Of a DNA stretch of 64,000 nucleotides, positions 1 to 12,949 are shown piece by piece. The stretch lies in contig NEEC01000020.1 in NCBI GenBank assembly GCA_002189035.1, positions 1,612,001-1,676,000 of the forward strand, in the 5' to 3' direction. Position 1 is the first letter of the stretch. Each line of letters begins with the position of its first letter. This DNA is from Utricularia gibba (lineage: Eukaryota; Plantae; Magnoliophyta). Position numbers and translations under genes: made by a program. Under the pieces are notes generated by a model that saw only the letters and a program-made list of their open reading frames with translations, ran no database searches and was not told where the DNA came from.

Positions 1-1348
1 CTTAATTCTATCCAATTTTGGAATTATTGTTGACCTAGTCCTCTCACTTCTAGACATTTCAATGATTTCAAAAAATGTTTAAATATCTAATATTTTGTTT
101 TCACTCTATCCAAATCAATAGGAATATTTAATTAATGACATGTATAATTTTATAAAAAAGTGATTAATCAATTTAAAAATCCACTAAGTTTATTATGATG
201 TACTCAAATTATTAAATGTTGGAATAGATATTTACAATTATATTACTTATAATATTAATATATTATTTACATATTTTTTAATTACTAGAAAAAGTTTTCG
301 GATATTGTTGTAAATTTTGAAAAACCTATAAATATGAATATAATATAATAATCAAATCACATAATGAAGTAAATTAAATTGAGTGTTAAGTTAAATACAT
401 ATTTTATTTTATATATTTAATTAAAAATTTATTCAAATCGAAAATTAATGAGTTAGAAAACATGAAAATTTGAAAGACACATAAATTACATATTTTTTAT
501 TAATTTTTAATATATACTATAATATATTAATTATTTTTAATATATTTTGTTCAAAATCATAGTTTACAATAAACATATGTATCAAAAAGTATTTGTGAAA
601 AAACGTTTGTATTGTTTTTTAACTTTTTTAAACAACATATGTATTTAAACAATATTTTAAAAAACGTTGATATTTGAAAATAATATAATATTTAATGTTT
701 GTACCAAAGTAATATATTTTGAAACGTTTGTATTGAAGTTGAATAAAAGCTGAAATGTTTGTACCACAAAACTATTTTTGAAAATGTGTGCATCTAATTA
801 TAAGCAATTTTTGAAATGTTAGCATCAAAACGTATTTTTCACCAAAAGGAAACATATATAGTACAACGACAGCATAGAATTCAAGGAATTCCAAGTGAAG
901 ACCTTTGGGATAATGTTAATCTATGGGATGATGGCAATTGTAACCTCACTATTTATTCAGTTTATGTATTTTTGATCTACGTATTTTGAGCCGATCTAAC
1001 TTGTATGGCCCATTGTTTTTCCGATCTGACTATGTTGACCCATGTGATCTACATTTTTGACTCAACAAATATTTGTTTATAACTTTTTTAATATAATAAA
1101 TTTTATTTAGAAATATTTTGACCCAATTCACATTTTAAATTATGTGATTTTGATCCTAAAGTTCTTGTGGATGGAGCTACTTTGGTTGAACGTTATCTTT
1201 TTTTTTTGCTGTTTCGATCCAACCACTATATGCATTTTGATCTATATTGACCCATGTTTAATTTTTAAAAAAAATTAAAGTGTTTATAAAGATTGTTACA
1301 TTAATATTAGAACTTGTCAATTAAATGCAAAATACATATAAGCATTAC

Positions 1349-1490
1349 TTACTCCATGCATATTGGAATAATTATGTAGTTATTGTTCCATGGTTCATTC
1401 CTTTTAAGCCAATTTGGCATTACCCGATGTTGAAAATTACGCTCCGCTGCATTCCCAAACCACAACACATCAAGAATAACTACTCCACGC
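1349..1490 (-). pseudogene. Ulp1/C48 SUMO-protease-like exon fragment (MULE-associated)
   Basis: ILDVLWF...VMPNWLKRNEPWNNNYIIIPICME resembles the plant Ulp1-like segment before the catalytic HW (LDCLWF...VLTWIK...YVFVPIV). The frame ends at a GTAAGT donor-like site. Same strand as, and downstream of, the MuDR fragment. Confidence 0.55.
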
Positions 1491-1939
1491 GTCCTTGACT
1501 TTGGTTGCTTCTTAGCATGTTTGCTGTCATAAATATATAAGAAAATATGAGACAAATATCATTATGTGCTAGAAAAAAACTATTTCTCATTACTTACTCA
1601 ATGATAGATTGTAAAACATCATCCCGCAAACGATTATATACTCTTAAATGTGGTGGGATTGGCTACTTTCGTGCACTTTTCAATTTTTCCATTTTGCCTT
1701 GTTGCACCTCCACATCTTGCCTGCTTACGGTGTCCATATTTACAACCCTCCCTTCAACATAACTATAATGAAAGGTGACATTGGTTTTCTTTTGGGGCTT
1801 GGCTTATCGCCATTTGGTTGCATCTTGCTTTGGTTGTTCCACCTGTTCATGATTGTACAACATTGAACATTATTGATTAAAATTAAGTAGATGCTTATTC
1901 AGATACCTGGGGTTGATGTTGATTCCTCTTGTTTCCTTA

Positions 1940-2490
1940 TTATTGATAAGATCCATCCTTCGTCAAGTGATCATCATGACATGACCCCTCATTGACATCA
2001 TTTGTTGAATTTATGTCTTCTGATGGTGGGGCACAAGTTTGCTCCTCAATATCATTAGTATCGTCATTTATTCTTTTATTGGGGCATTTCCTATTATTAT
2101 GGCCTTTCTCACCACAACCATTGCAAAACACACTTTTCATCCTTGAAACTTGTTTTTTAACTGGACATCCTGGCTTCCTATGCTTCCAAGGTGGCGGCAA
2201 CAATGGAGGCAGATCATCTGGAGACCAATACTTGGCACCTGCTAATCGATAAATATCGCCATCATACATCGCTACATAATTGACCTTGAAGTAAGAAGGA
2301 TGCACGAACTCTAATAATGTTACTTTGATGTGAATAATAGCCTGACACGCATGCTTACATGGTATACCTAGGATGTGAAAGAATAATAGATAAAAATATT
2401 TCAAAAAAGATGGAAAAACTAATCAGAAAAGAATCAAACCTGTGATTTGTCATTCTCCACAATCACATGAACAATTTCTGAGTCTTAGAG
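1940..2490 (-). mobile_element. MuDR/MULE transposase C-terminal remnant (SWIM zinc finger plus CCHC knuckle)
   Basis: Minus strand reads RNCSCDCGE*QITG, then a GT..AG intron (~2440-2370), then IPCKHAC: a SWIM motif with W changed to stop. Followed by PPP..RKPG.P.K and CNGCGEKGHNNRKC (C-x2-C-x4-H-x4-C). Confidence 0.85.
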
Positions 2491-3424
2491 TGACAATGTC
2501 ATTGGCATGGGACCATCGAAAGTTCTCTCTATCATCCATCTCTATCCACCCATCTCCCAACAAATCTGTCTTTTAACTTATGCGAAGGAACGAATGCAGA
2601 CAACCACATCAAAATGAGCGATAATATCTCAAGAGTTGTGTGATGAAGAAGCCACGGGTTCTGGTGTCAAGAAACAAATCAGGGCAAATTCTGTAGAATT
2701 GAGTGGCACGGATTGTAAGTCCCTCTTTCTCTTTCTGTCTCTGTCTAAAGTCACGCTTATACCCCTGCAATGGTTTAATATGGGCCAGGCAAAATCACAC
2801 ATAAATTGGGGCTAAATTAAGGGTTTACCTTTTAAATTATGATATTCTAACCATATCTTACAAAGACATGTTAATTATTATGTTTTACATATTGATAATT
2901 CAACATAAATTATGTATGTTATTTATACAATTACATTATTTTTATAAAATCTTTATATACATTTTAAATGTACAAAATAAAATATAAAAATTATATTTGT
3001 TGATTATTATTTAATGAAAAAATTGATTAATTTTATTTTTTATGTGGATACTTATTTTAATAAATCATAATTTATTTCACCATTTTCACCAATTAGTTGG
3101 GTCATTTCTGCCCATGCCACAATCAGTTTAGGTTATTATTGTCGAACCAGAAATAATATGGGTTTAAACCGGATATCTTGTAAACCAAAATATGTCATTT
3201 TTTAAAACTATTGGGTCAAAAGAGTATTATATATAAGATTTGTTGGGTCAAAATTGTATTATTTACAAACAATGTTACCATTTTTGCTAATTAATTGGGT
3301 TATTTCCGTCTAACACACTAACGGAAAAAAGCAATTGGGTCATGTTTATCATTTACACCAAAACAGTAGGGTCAAAATAAATATTACCACGTTAATCTAC
3401 AATCCCCACTCCCACTAGGTTCTG

Positions 3425-4320
3425 AAAGAGAAGCTAGAAGACTAAAAAAAGCAAGGAAAAGACAACTAGAAGAACCCCTTGCCAAAGTGAAAGATCCATA
3501 CAGATTAGTAGGGCTTTCTTGAAAAAAAAAATCAATGTAAAATCTATCACATCAGAGGCCATAACAAAGCAACATGTAAGAAAAAATCAAACTCTAAAAC
3601 AGCTTCAACTCAGGAAACTTTAGTATGCATTGCATTACAATTTATAATTATATCATAGTATTAAATATTCATAGCTATCATTTATCTTGTATTCTTCCTT
3701 AATGTTCATAGAATGATGAAAGAACTGTCAACCAAGAGCAGCATGAAAATAAGGTTCGAAGTGAAGAATCATTACCTGTTACAAAACAGAGGAAAAGGAA
3801 ATATTATTCGACTAAAAAAGATACTAATCCTAAAAAACAAAAGGTAAAAAACCAACTATCATTATTGTATACATATGTATGATGATATACTAATTTGGCT
3901 GATGATTACGTGTTCAGTATTTGATATATGGAATGTATCTTAAAAATGTTTTTTACTCATTTGAATGTCATGATTATGTGTCATTTGGATTAGGTATCAA
4001 AGGAAAAATCTGTTGCACCAAAACATCAACTTGCAGCAATGTCAACAACATTAACGAGTCATATATGAGTATTTAAGGTATAATACTTTGTTGGTAATGC
4101 TTTTATATCAAGTTGTGAAGTAATAATTAATTCCTTGTGTCAAGCTTCAACAAGTTAGGTTCGAAAACCTACAATGACATTTCAAGTTTCTGAAAATACA
4201 ATTGCTGTTAATGCGCCAATTATTATGAAGGGTAGCAACAACTATGTTACACTTTCAAATCTTAAGAGTTGTTTGAAGAGGAAAAAAGGAGATGGAGAAA
4301 CCAATTTATCCTCCAAGTGA
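3425..4320 (+). mobile_element. Second MULE transposase C-terminal remnant (multi-exon)
   Basis: RRLKKARKRQLEEPLAKVKDPYRL...CKIYHIRGHNKATCK is a decayed CCHC knuckle. Later fragments lie between GT..AG introns and end in NAPIIMKGSNNYVTLSNL. Confidence 0.55.
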
Positions 4321-5015
4321 TGCTATGGGTAGCTTGCAATGGAGAAACCAGTTTAAATCTTCGAGTTTACCAACTAGAGTTAATCATTTATATGTTATTT
4401 TGGATAGATATTAAATGCATGGACATATTGTATTAAGTTGATATTATGTGTAAACCATGCCAATAGATATATGAGATGACCACTATGTCTTTATGAAGAT
4501 CCTCATACACACAACCCTTCAACAAAAGTGGCTTTGAGATCGTTTATGTATTAGTAATAAGCAAAAAATAGATTAATATTTGAAAAAAAAATCATATTTC
4601 TTTTGAATTTTGGTAATAATTAAAAAAATATATTTGGAATATAATTTCAATATACTTGAAGATTCATTTCCAACTGAAATTAGTTCATGATAATAACATC
4701 AATCATGACCAATTGATTATGGATGATGCCAACACAAAATTAGTGCTAGGCACACATAAGGCCCGAACAATTGAGAGTTAGGCCTAACAGATCATGTCGA
4801 CATATTGATCGTCTAAAATTGCACAGATATATATGGGTTGAGCTGACCTGTGGATCCAACCCATTTTGATCGTCATGATTTTTTTTAAAAAAAAAAGTAT
4901 AAAAATTAGTTAAATTATGAAAATTTAAATGTTTTGAATTTAAATTTAGAAATAAATTAAAATAAGGACGATACGTCATGATTAATAGAAAATAAAGATG
5001 AAATATAAAACATAG

Positions 5016-5476
5016 TGATAGAATAAAAATCGGTTGGGGATAATCGGTTTCTGAAAGGCTGCCAAGTGAGGTTTTGATGGGACAATGCTAGTCGATAGAT
5101 CGATATGTGTCAGGATATAACAAGGGCGGTATGGCACAGTTTGAAAAGTAACTTAGTCACGGCAGGATGGGCGACGATTGTCTAAAAAGCAAGATCATAG
5201 CATAAGTGCAAAAAGGCAGCCAAAACTTGCGTAGCTCATGATTCGGTCGGCTCAATCCCCCTCTATAAATAGAAGAAATCTTAACGGAGAGAGGGTTGGA
5301 TCTAAAGCCTCCCACCTGTACTTTTCTTCACCACATCCCCCATTTGGATCTAGTAAGAACTTTCTTCGGCGAGCTCTGATAGTTCCGTGGTTTTTTCCAT
5401 CTTACGGTGGTTTCCCCGTAAAAATTTTCACCTATTCCCCATTCCCATTAACCAAACTGAACATAATTATGAAAAA
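5016..5476 (+). mobile_element. Solo LTR of the Tat/Retand family found at 30-37 kb
   Basis: Aligns by eye along its length with the reverse complement of 36836-37278 (e.g. AAAGGCTGCCAA, CGATATGTGTCAG, CGGCGAGCTC, GTAAAAAT). Begins TG, has CTATAAATAG at ~5282, and is flanked by a 5-bp TSD CATAG (5011-5015 and 5477-5481). The terminal CA is mutated. Confidence 0.8.
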
Positions 5477-5611
5477 CATAGGAAGGTACGGAATTTCCCG
5501 GTCACACTTTTCACCCGAAAATCGGTCCCTTCACAAACATCGATTTTCATCCATAACACATAGAATCACTTACATTAGCATTAGGACTCAAACCATATTA
5601 AACTTGATACA

Positions 5612-6482
5612 TGATAAACGGAAATTTCCTAATATCATTGCAAGTAAAAATAGAAAATCCGTATCAAATAAATTTATAATTCCTAATCTACACGAAATAC
5701 AAATTTGGAAAACTTGTATAGTGGATATCGGGGTCGATCATAAGGAGATGGTGGTTGTCAAGTGTTTTAGTGAATGCATAATTCAGGGTAAAGGGAAGTC
5801 TTAGTCTAAGCTAGGACTAACAGTGGTAAACAAGTTCGGTAAACAAGATCAGTAAACAAGTTCGGTAAACAAGTTCAGTAAACAATATCAGGTCTTAATG
5901 CTACGGTAACAGGTACTGGTTCTAACTCAAAATAAAACTAACAGGTCCTTGGCTGGAACAGTAGCGCTGAATTGAGTCTTAATCTTCTTCCTTAAAGCTG
6001 GAGGTTCTCCAGAAAAATCCCTTTTCTTTCTCCTTCTCCTTTCGTGTTCTTCGTGTTTGAGTTGGGGTTGAGGGAGAAACCCCCTCGTGTGTGCTCTTTG
6101 AAAATTCTGGGGTGAACTCCCTTTTTGCGACTCTCTCTCCTCATCTTTTCTCTTGCCTCCCACTGCCTAAGGCAAGTACATTCTCTGACAGATCTTCTGC
6201 TCCAGGCCCTGACTTGCAGACTGCCGCCATGATAGTTTACTCATTGACGCCTGCACTCTGGTGACTTGCACGAAATCCAGACTACATTCTCAGGCTGCTA
6301 CACTCCAAAATCGGGTTAGACATGGGATGGGCTAAATCAAAGGATTTAGCCCACTAATCACACCAAAAATTACATTCTCCTAAATTAATAAAAACACTTA
6401 AAAATATAAAATAAACACTTAAACCTAATTAAAAATTTATGATTTTTCATATCCTAAACATATGAAAATTTGTGTGTTATCA
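5612..6482 (-). mobile_element. Athila-like LTR, family A (3' LTR of a truncated element)
   Basis: Termini TGATAAAC...GTGTTATCA; homologous to 51122-52522. No TSD: the right side continues into internal-like sequence. Confidence 0.75.
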
Positions 6483-7990
6483 AATTATACTACAACGACA
6501 CCATACTTGTCCCCAAGTCCTACCTAAGACTAACAGAAAACTAGTTCCTTCAACATTAGTGATAAACATAAAAACTGAGAATAAATTCAGTGCATGAGCT
6601 ACAGAAGTTCAAGTGTGCATGTCATTTCATCACTCAAATGTGCATGAGTAGATTTCTCTTGAGGAGTGTTTTCGAAGATCATACCTTATAGAATTAATCA
6701 CTCCAATGTTACTTAAGGTCACGGTTGCCAACCCATTTTTTTCTCTCTCTTTTTTTCTTTTCCCTTTTTTGAGTAGTGAAGGGGCAGCTTGTTTCAGACT
6801 AATCTGGGCATAATGTGATTGCTTTTTCTTCATCAGAGTGTCGGCCAAGCACTCTCACCTTATCACACCAGGCTCCTCCGTTCTCCTCCAAATTAGTCTG
6901 TCCCTGCTCACCCTTTCACTACTTATTAAGTCCACACATGCTATTTCAATTTTTTTTTTCTGACCCTTTATTCACCTCTTTTTTCCGTGGTTGGCAACCT
7001 GTTCTTCAATGACTAGGAAGTTCAACAATTCATATAAAAATTGATCTAGATTACACTCCTTAGATTCCTCTAGTCATACACATATTCTCATAAAATAAAA
7101 AGATGAAAACATGCTCACGGGTATTAGAAAGGTCCACAAAACTCATGCAACAAAATTCATCTAGCAGCTGTAGTGTTCAATCACTTAGCCATCGGAAACA
7201 GTTTATGCTGCTAACAAAACCTACGATAAACACTACTCTAAGTCTAGACTTAGACTAATAGATACCACTCGTTGACGTAAACAGGGTCCTAAACAGAAAA
7301 ATAAAACAAAACAAAAATAAAAACCTACTATACTAAATCATTCTAGCACCAGATTACTTGTTCAGGGAGGCATCGACCACTCCCTACTTCAACTCTGTAA
7401 TCACTTGAATCAAATCTGAAATTTTGTCACTCATCACCTCCAATATTTCTGGGCAACAGCAGTGTTTTCCTCCTTGAGCTAGGGTCGAGGTTGATGGAGC
7501 AGCAGTATCTTCCTTCCTCTTCCTTGGGATAACTTTTCCTTCCAGTCTTGCCAAAGATCTAAACCAAGACATTAAGTATATTTAGCTACTCATGCTGAAG
7601 GTAAATAAAACTAGAATATAAAATATCATCCATATTATATGCATGCCACAGTTTGATAATCAAAAAAACAATCAAGAACTGAATGTAAAAAGTTCAAGCA
7701 GAAAACTAAAAATGTCGTTGGCTACTCCTAGCTAGGAGTAGTATTCTTGAGAAACAAAAGAGAATCGTTAGATGTAAGCATCGTTCTTGGGTTGTCTTCT
7801 TTCTTCTTCCTGTAAATTCTTCCCCTCTAGATCTCTATCGTCTTTTCCCAAAATCCCTAGAGGTCTCCTTTCTCTTTCCATCTTGTCTTATTTTTGTCAG
7901 AAATCTTACTTTTTACTCTCCTTGGATTTTATGTCCTTTATAGCCTTTGTCCTCATCTTCTACCACTTCACTATTCATGTCTAGCTCTTT
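6483..7990 (-). mobile_element. Athila-like 3' internal region with decayed ORF fragment (7384-7572)
   Basis: Abuts the LTR through a CTTGGGGACAAG-type pre-LTR tract. The short helical ORF (EVMSDKISDLIQVITELK) is compatible with an Athila 3' ORF remnant but not diagnostic. Confidence 0.45.
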
Positions 7991-8433
7991 GGAATTCGTA
8001 TTATAGAAAAAGTTATGCATTGCTAAAAGAGAATGATTAAAATAAGGATTAGGATTAAATATTATTTAATCCTAATATGGACTAAAAGACACAAACATCA
8101 TGGCTAAACACAAAAAAAATTACAAAAATACCTAATAAAGTACAAATTTTATAACATGATATTAATGACGTGACATTTGCATGGCTTCCTTGCTTCTAGC
8201 ATCTCACGTGACATTTGCCATCATCATTGAGGTATAGTTTATGTGTCAGTGGTCATGGCAGCCTATAAAAGCTTGATTGAGAACACATAAGCCATGTGGA
8301 TGTTGGAGGTCTTTTTAGGTGGAAATAAATTATTGCATCAAGATATTTAATGATTCTAAATTCAATAATGAATGGTTAGTTAATGACGTGAACTTAGAGT
8401 GTTGGGAACAATTAAGTTAATGTCGTTATCAAT

Positions 8434-8575
8434 ATGAGCCGAGTTGAGTGAGGCTTCAAGCCTACTCAAGCTCGAGCTCAAGCATAAGTTGGTAGGCTCG
8501 AGCTAGATGTGAAGGTAGCCGAGTCAAGCCGAGCACACCAAAAGCTTGACTCAACTCGGCTCATTTACACTCCTC
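8434..8575. mobile_element. Small hAT-type MITE remnant
   Basis: Perfect 16-bp inverted repeat ATGAGCCGAGTTGAGT (8434-8449) / ACTCAACTCGGCTCAT (8549-8564). Internal GAGCCGAG and GCTCGAGC motifs; ends TTTACACTCCT. Confidence 0.6.
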
Positions 8576-9440
8576 CTTGAAGGAATTATAACCATAGTTC
8601 ATTTCCACATTTTTCCTTAACAACCATAGTTTTAGTTGATTAGTTTTCTAGTTTTAAAAACTTGTTGATGAATTGTGTTTAGTATGCATATTTTTGCAAT
8701 TCAAGAAAAATTGTTGTCAACATTGTATTCAATTATTTGTGAATGCATTTAATGATAATTCTGCAAGTGCATAGAAATCATCGAAATAACAAAATAAGAT
8801 CGTATTCACAAAGAATTGTTATTTAATTTTCTTTTCAGAACAATGACTCAAAAGACATAAAAAAAGGATTTAGATTTGTATTAAAATATAAAGAAAAACG
8901 ATTTTGGATCTAGGATTCACTTTACTTAAAAATCATCCAAACTTGTGTATATAAACCTTGAAAACTAGCATGCTAGCATAAGTTCTTGAGATGCTATTCT
9001 AAAATAGTGCTACTCGATAATTATTATAGTATCGTTCCTCGTTTAATGGGATTGTAGAATCAATCACAACACCAGAGCTATTTCATCTTTTGTCATAACC
9101 CGTGTTTCCCTCACATCCAAATTTAGAAAAGATGCGATTCATAAACCCATGTATTGGCAGCCTCACGTGACATTTGCCATTTCATCATTTAAAGTTTTAA
9201 TATTGCTGGTTCATGGAAGCATGGAGCGTTTAGATGGAGTGTTGGCAGGACTCTTCAATGGGAGTTCTTTATTTTTGGAGCATGGAAGTAAACAGAATAA
9301 CAGGGAGATCGAATTGATCTGATTGCTGAACTGTTATTCAATAATCTAATCGGGTGATCGACCAGACGAAGAGGGAGAAGCCAAGCGCAAGTGTTCAAAT
9401 TGAAAAAAAGGTTGTTTTCAAGAGACTAACTGTCTAACAC

Positions 9441-9755
9441 TTATAAGAAACCGTAATAGCTATTAAACGAAAATATCTGGCACGCATGCGAGCTGCTGTT
9501 GGACGTAACCACAAGAAGCCAGCTTGTCAACAATGGAGCGGCATCCAAGGCTTTGGTGAATATATCGGCCAGCTGCAGCGCAGATGGCACAAAACAAGGA
9601 GAGAAGAAGCCCAATTTGAACTGGTCCCTTACCACATGGCAATGGATGTCGATATGAATGGCAGACTGGCTATCGCGCAGCACATAAGAAATGCAAACGA
9701 GTTCTGCAGCGGTGATGGCCATACTTGTATACTCAGCCTCCGCAGAGGAACGTGA
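9441..9755 (-). mobile_element. Ty1/Copia RNase H fragment with internal deletions
   Basis: SSAEAEYTSMA..ELVCISYVLRD/SQSAIH/IDIHCHVVRDQ...LQLADIFTKAL. Confidence 0.85.
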
Positions 9756-10186
9756 AACCGTAGATTGTTTCTTAGTCTTCCAGGAATTATTATTTAATTT
9801 GATGTTTGTAAATGCAATATTTTCTGTTGGTTAAAACATTTTTCCAAACTCCATTGATATTGTATTTGTTTTGTTTTTATTAGTAGATATCACAAGGACA
9901 CCTACTGTTTATTCCCGTTGCCATGGTGTCTACAACAACGCAATTCAATTAAATACAAAAAATACTGCATTTACAAATATTATAGATTGATTTTTAATTT
10001 TTTTAATAAAATGCATCAAGCTAATCTAAATTTTATAAAATACAAAATATTTCATACGTATAATCTTTATAAATCAAATGGAATATACATTAATATATAC
10101 TCAATTAAAAAATAATAATAAATATTCAAATATTGTTATTAGGGTTATGAGCGAAGACTGGAAAAGAGTCCTCATTCATGCAATCA

Positions 10187-12671
10187 ATGGCGTGAGTGCG
10201 CGGCTTCCTTCCTTCTCGAGAACCTGAAGCAGATCGCGGTGCATTATTCCCCGCTAATCTCTACGTGCGATTTGGAACTGAGGAATCTGCAAAAGGAATT
10301 GGAGGATATGAAATCATTCCTCGAGGACGCAGCGTCTCAGAAAGATACAAGAAAACGCTTCAAAGCATGGGAGAATCACATCTGCGAGGAGGTCTACAAA
10401 ATCACAGACGCTGTCAATGAATTGGATATCCAAGCAGCCATCGACCGTTTGGATCTTGCTGAGAAGGCGAAGAGCATTCCAGAAAAGGAAGGGAAGCCTG
10501 TGTTCGAAAAGGCCATGCTTGAATTCAATGTGCTGCCCATGTCCGATGCCGCCGACGAACAATCCAGGAAAGCGGTAGACCGGATAAGACAGGTAATTTA
10601 TTTGGTGTTCCTTCGGATACTCTTGGGTTCTTACCTAACTTGAATACAGTGCTGATGCATACTTCACTTTGTTAGATTGAACTTCTTCTAGATAAGCAGA
10701 TAGTTGGTTGAAGATGAAATACAAAAACTTAAAAGAATTTTGACAGAAGAGAGCCCAAAAGTTGAGGCTATTAGCATAGTTGGTATGCGTGGGCTTGGGA
10801 AGACGACGGTAGCATCAAAGATTTATCGGTCACTAACCAAGATATGCCAAACCTGTCTGAGATTGATTTGGCTAGAAAAGTGAGAGAAAATCTGGAGAAA
10901 GTGAAGTTTCTGTTGGTGGCTGATGATGTTTAGTCGGATGATGCATGGAAGGACTTAAAAAGTTGCAATTCGGATGCACAAGGGGTCTTGTAAAGTGCTG
11001 ATAACAAGTCGTAACGTCGAGATTTCTCGTAGTGCAAATCCTCGGAGAGATCCTCATCAACTTCGATTTCTTACAGAAAAGAAAACCTGGAAGCTACTTC
11101 AGATAGAAGTTTATGGTGGTGGGAAGAAAATAGTAAAGGATTGTGGAGGATTGCCACTTGCTCTTGTGGTTGTGAGAGGGATCCTGGTGAGCAAGATGTT
11201 GTCCAACCAAATGCAACAAAGAGTGATTGGAATTGGATATCAGAGAGTGTTGGGGAGTACACAATTGCACAAGACAAAAAGGGGAGCATGGAAAAGAGTA
11301 TATCACTAAGTTATGAGAATTTATCAGATTCTTTGAAAAATTGTTTCCTCTATTTTGGTGTGTTTCCTCGAGACTTCGAGATCTCAACTTGGAACTTGAA
11401 ATCTTTATGGATAGAAGAAGGTATAGTGAGAAAAGAGTATGAGAAGTCAATCTTGGAAGAAACTGATGATGAGTATATTGAAGAACTTATACACATAAAT
11501 TTAGTGATGGTTAAAAAAAGAAATTGTAATGGTGAAGTCAAAACTTGTCGTGTGCACAGCATGATTTGTGAGTTTTGTAAGAAAGAAGGTCTGGCATGAA
11601 GATAAGTTTGTAGAAGAGATCAAGATGTTGAGTTGGAATAGAGTCTTTATACCTCCAATAACAGAGATAATTAATATCGTCTAGTATGCATCCATCATTG
11701 GATTCTGGAAATTTTCCTTGAATAACCAAGCAGATATCATACTGGTTCATTTTCATGTTTCCCCAAGGAGGGCATCACGGTGCCATCTGAATGCTTCTCG
11801 GATATTGTGGGAAGTTTTCCATTTCTAAGGATATTTGCGGGAAATTCCTTTAAATTTCCAAAGTTTCCTGAGAAAATAACCAATCCATTCATCTCATGTA
11901 TATTTGTTTGGCTGTTGGAGACAACTTCAAAGTTCTACTAGATGCTATTAAAAAACTCAAGCACTTACAAACTCTTATAATTATGTCTTCTTGTAATTTT
12001 AAAATTCAGGCAGATATTTATTATGTCTCAATTGAAACATTTGAATACAAATGAAGTTATTATTGTAATAAAAAACAGGAAGAGTCTACCCAATAAAAGT
12101 CTCCAAAACTAAGAGTAAGTTATCTACAATCAGTTGCAAAGATGAAGTTATATCCAAAATATGCAACCTTAAGTCACTAGGAAATTATGGAGACTTGGAC
12201 ACTCTTTTTATTAATGTTAATTTACAAGGGTTATCTTGTCTTACAAAGTTGAAATTGGCTGATGATGCTCAAGCTGCAGTACCAGCGCTTCTTCCTGAGC
12301 CGACTTTTTTCCCCAGAACATGCGGATTCTATCTAGAGGTTTTGAAATTACAATTATATGCGTTCAAGGGTGAAAAATGGGATGACAGTGGTGATGGTTT
12401 TCGACGTCTTCGCTACCTGCAAATCGAACGCTCCGATCTAGAAACTTGGACAGTATCCAAATGCTCCTTTCCAGCACTTGGAACTCTAGTATTTAGGAAC
12501 TGTGAGAAACTCCATGCTATTCCAGTTGAACTAGCAAAAAGTCTTCATACTTTGGATAATGAACGTGTGACTACGTCGTTGGTGCAATCTGCTTATGATC
12601 TCAAGATGGAAAAGAAAAAGAATCCAGAAAGGAATTCGATTACATGAGGCAAGCTTAACCTTATGATCTGA
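10187..12671 (+). pseudogene. CC-NB-ARC-LRR (NLR) resistance gene pseudogene, NRC-like
   Basis: MADA-like start MA[+1 nt]ECAASFLLENLKQ. EDVID-like EVYKITDAVNEL. Intron 10593-10675 (GT..AG). P-loop GMRGLGKTT (10782-10808). Kinase-2 FLLVADDV* (TAG 10931). RNBS-B KVLITSR, GLPL, RNBS-D CFLYFGVFPRDFEI, MHD-like TCRVHSMICEFC. C-terminal LRR FRRLRYLQIE..FPALGTLVFRNCEKL. Many frameshifts, stops and deletions. Confidence 0.9.
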
Positions 12672-12949
12672 CATGTTTTGCGAGTTAAGAACTAAGATGA
12701 AGGTTATATTTTCTGAGTTTTTCTTGATGAGACCTTCCTCTGATTCCCACAGGGCCATGGACAGCTCACAGAGTTGGGCAAATGCTATGAGCACGTTTCA
12801 GATTCACCCCACAATATCACTTGCACGTTGTACGTTCTTCTCTATGCCTCTTCTTGTTGGATGGCATGTTGATTATGTAATAATTTCATGGGCTATGTAA
12901 GTAGTTACCGTAATTTGTCATGATTCTTCATCAACATACTTTTTTATCT

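Larger units (their letters stand above)
1055..3260. repeat. Imperfect inverted repeats (1055-1140 vs ~3200-3260), probable MULE TIRs
   Basis: TTTTGAC(C/T)CAACAAAT and TTTTGACCCAAT on the left; their reverse complements TTGGGTCAAAA on the right. They bracket the Ulp1 and SWIM fragments. No TSD found. Confidence 0.45.

Noticed and set aside
5238-5804. 188-aa ORF as a gene
   Set aside because: Runs across a Tat solo LTR, a spacer and an Athila LTR end; chance open frame.
5927-6163. Conserved peptide shared with ORF 51876-52202 (AHTRGF.PQ)
   Set aside because: Both lie inside homologous LTR copies; protein similarity follows from DNA homology and the frames diverge on either side.
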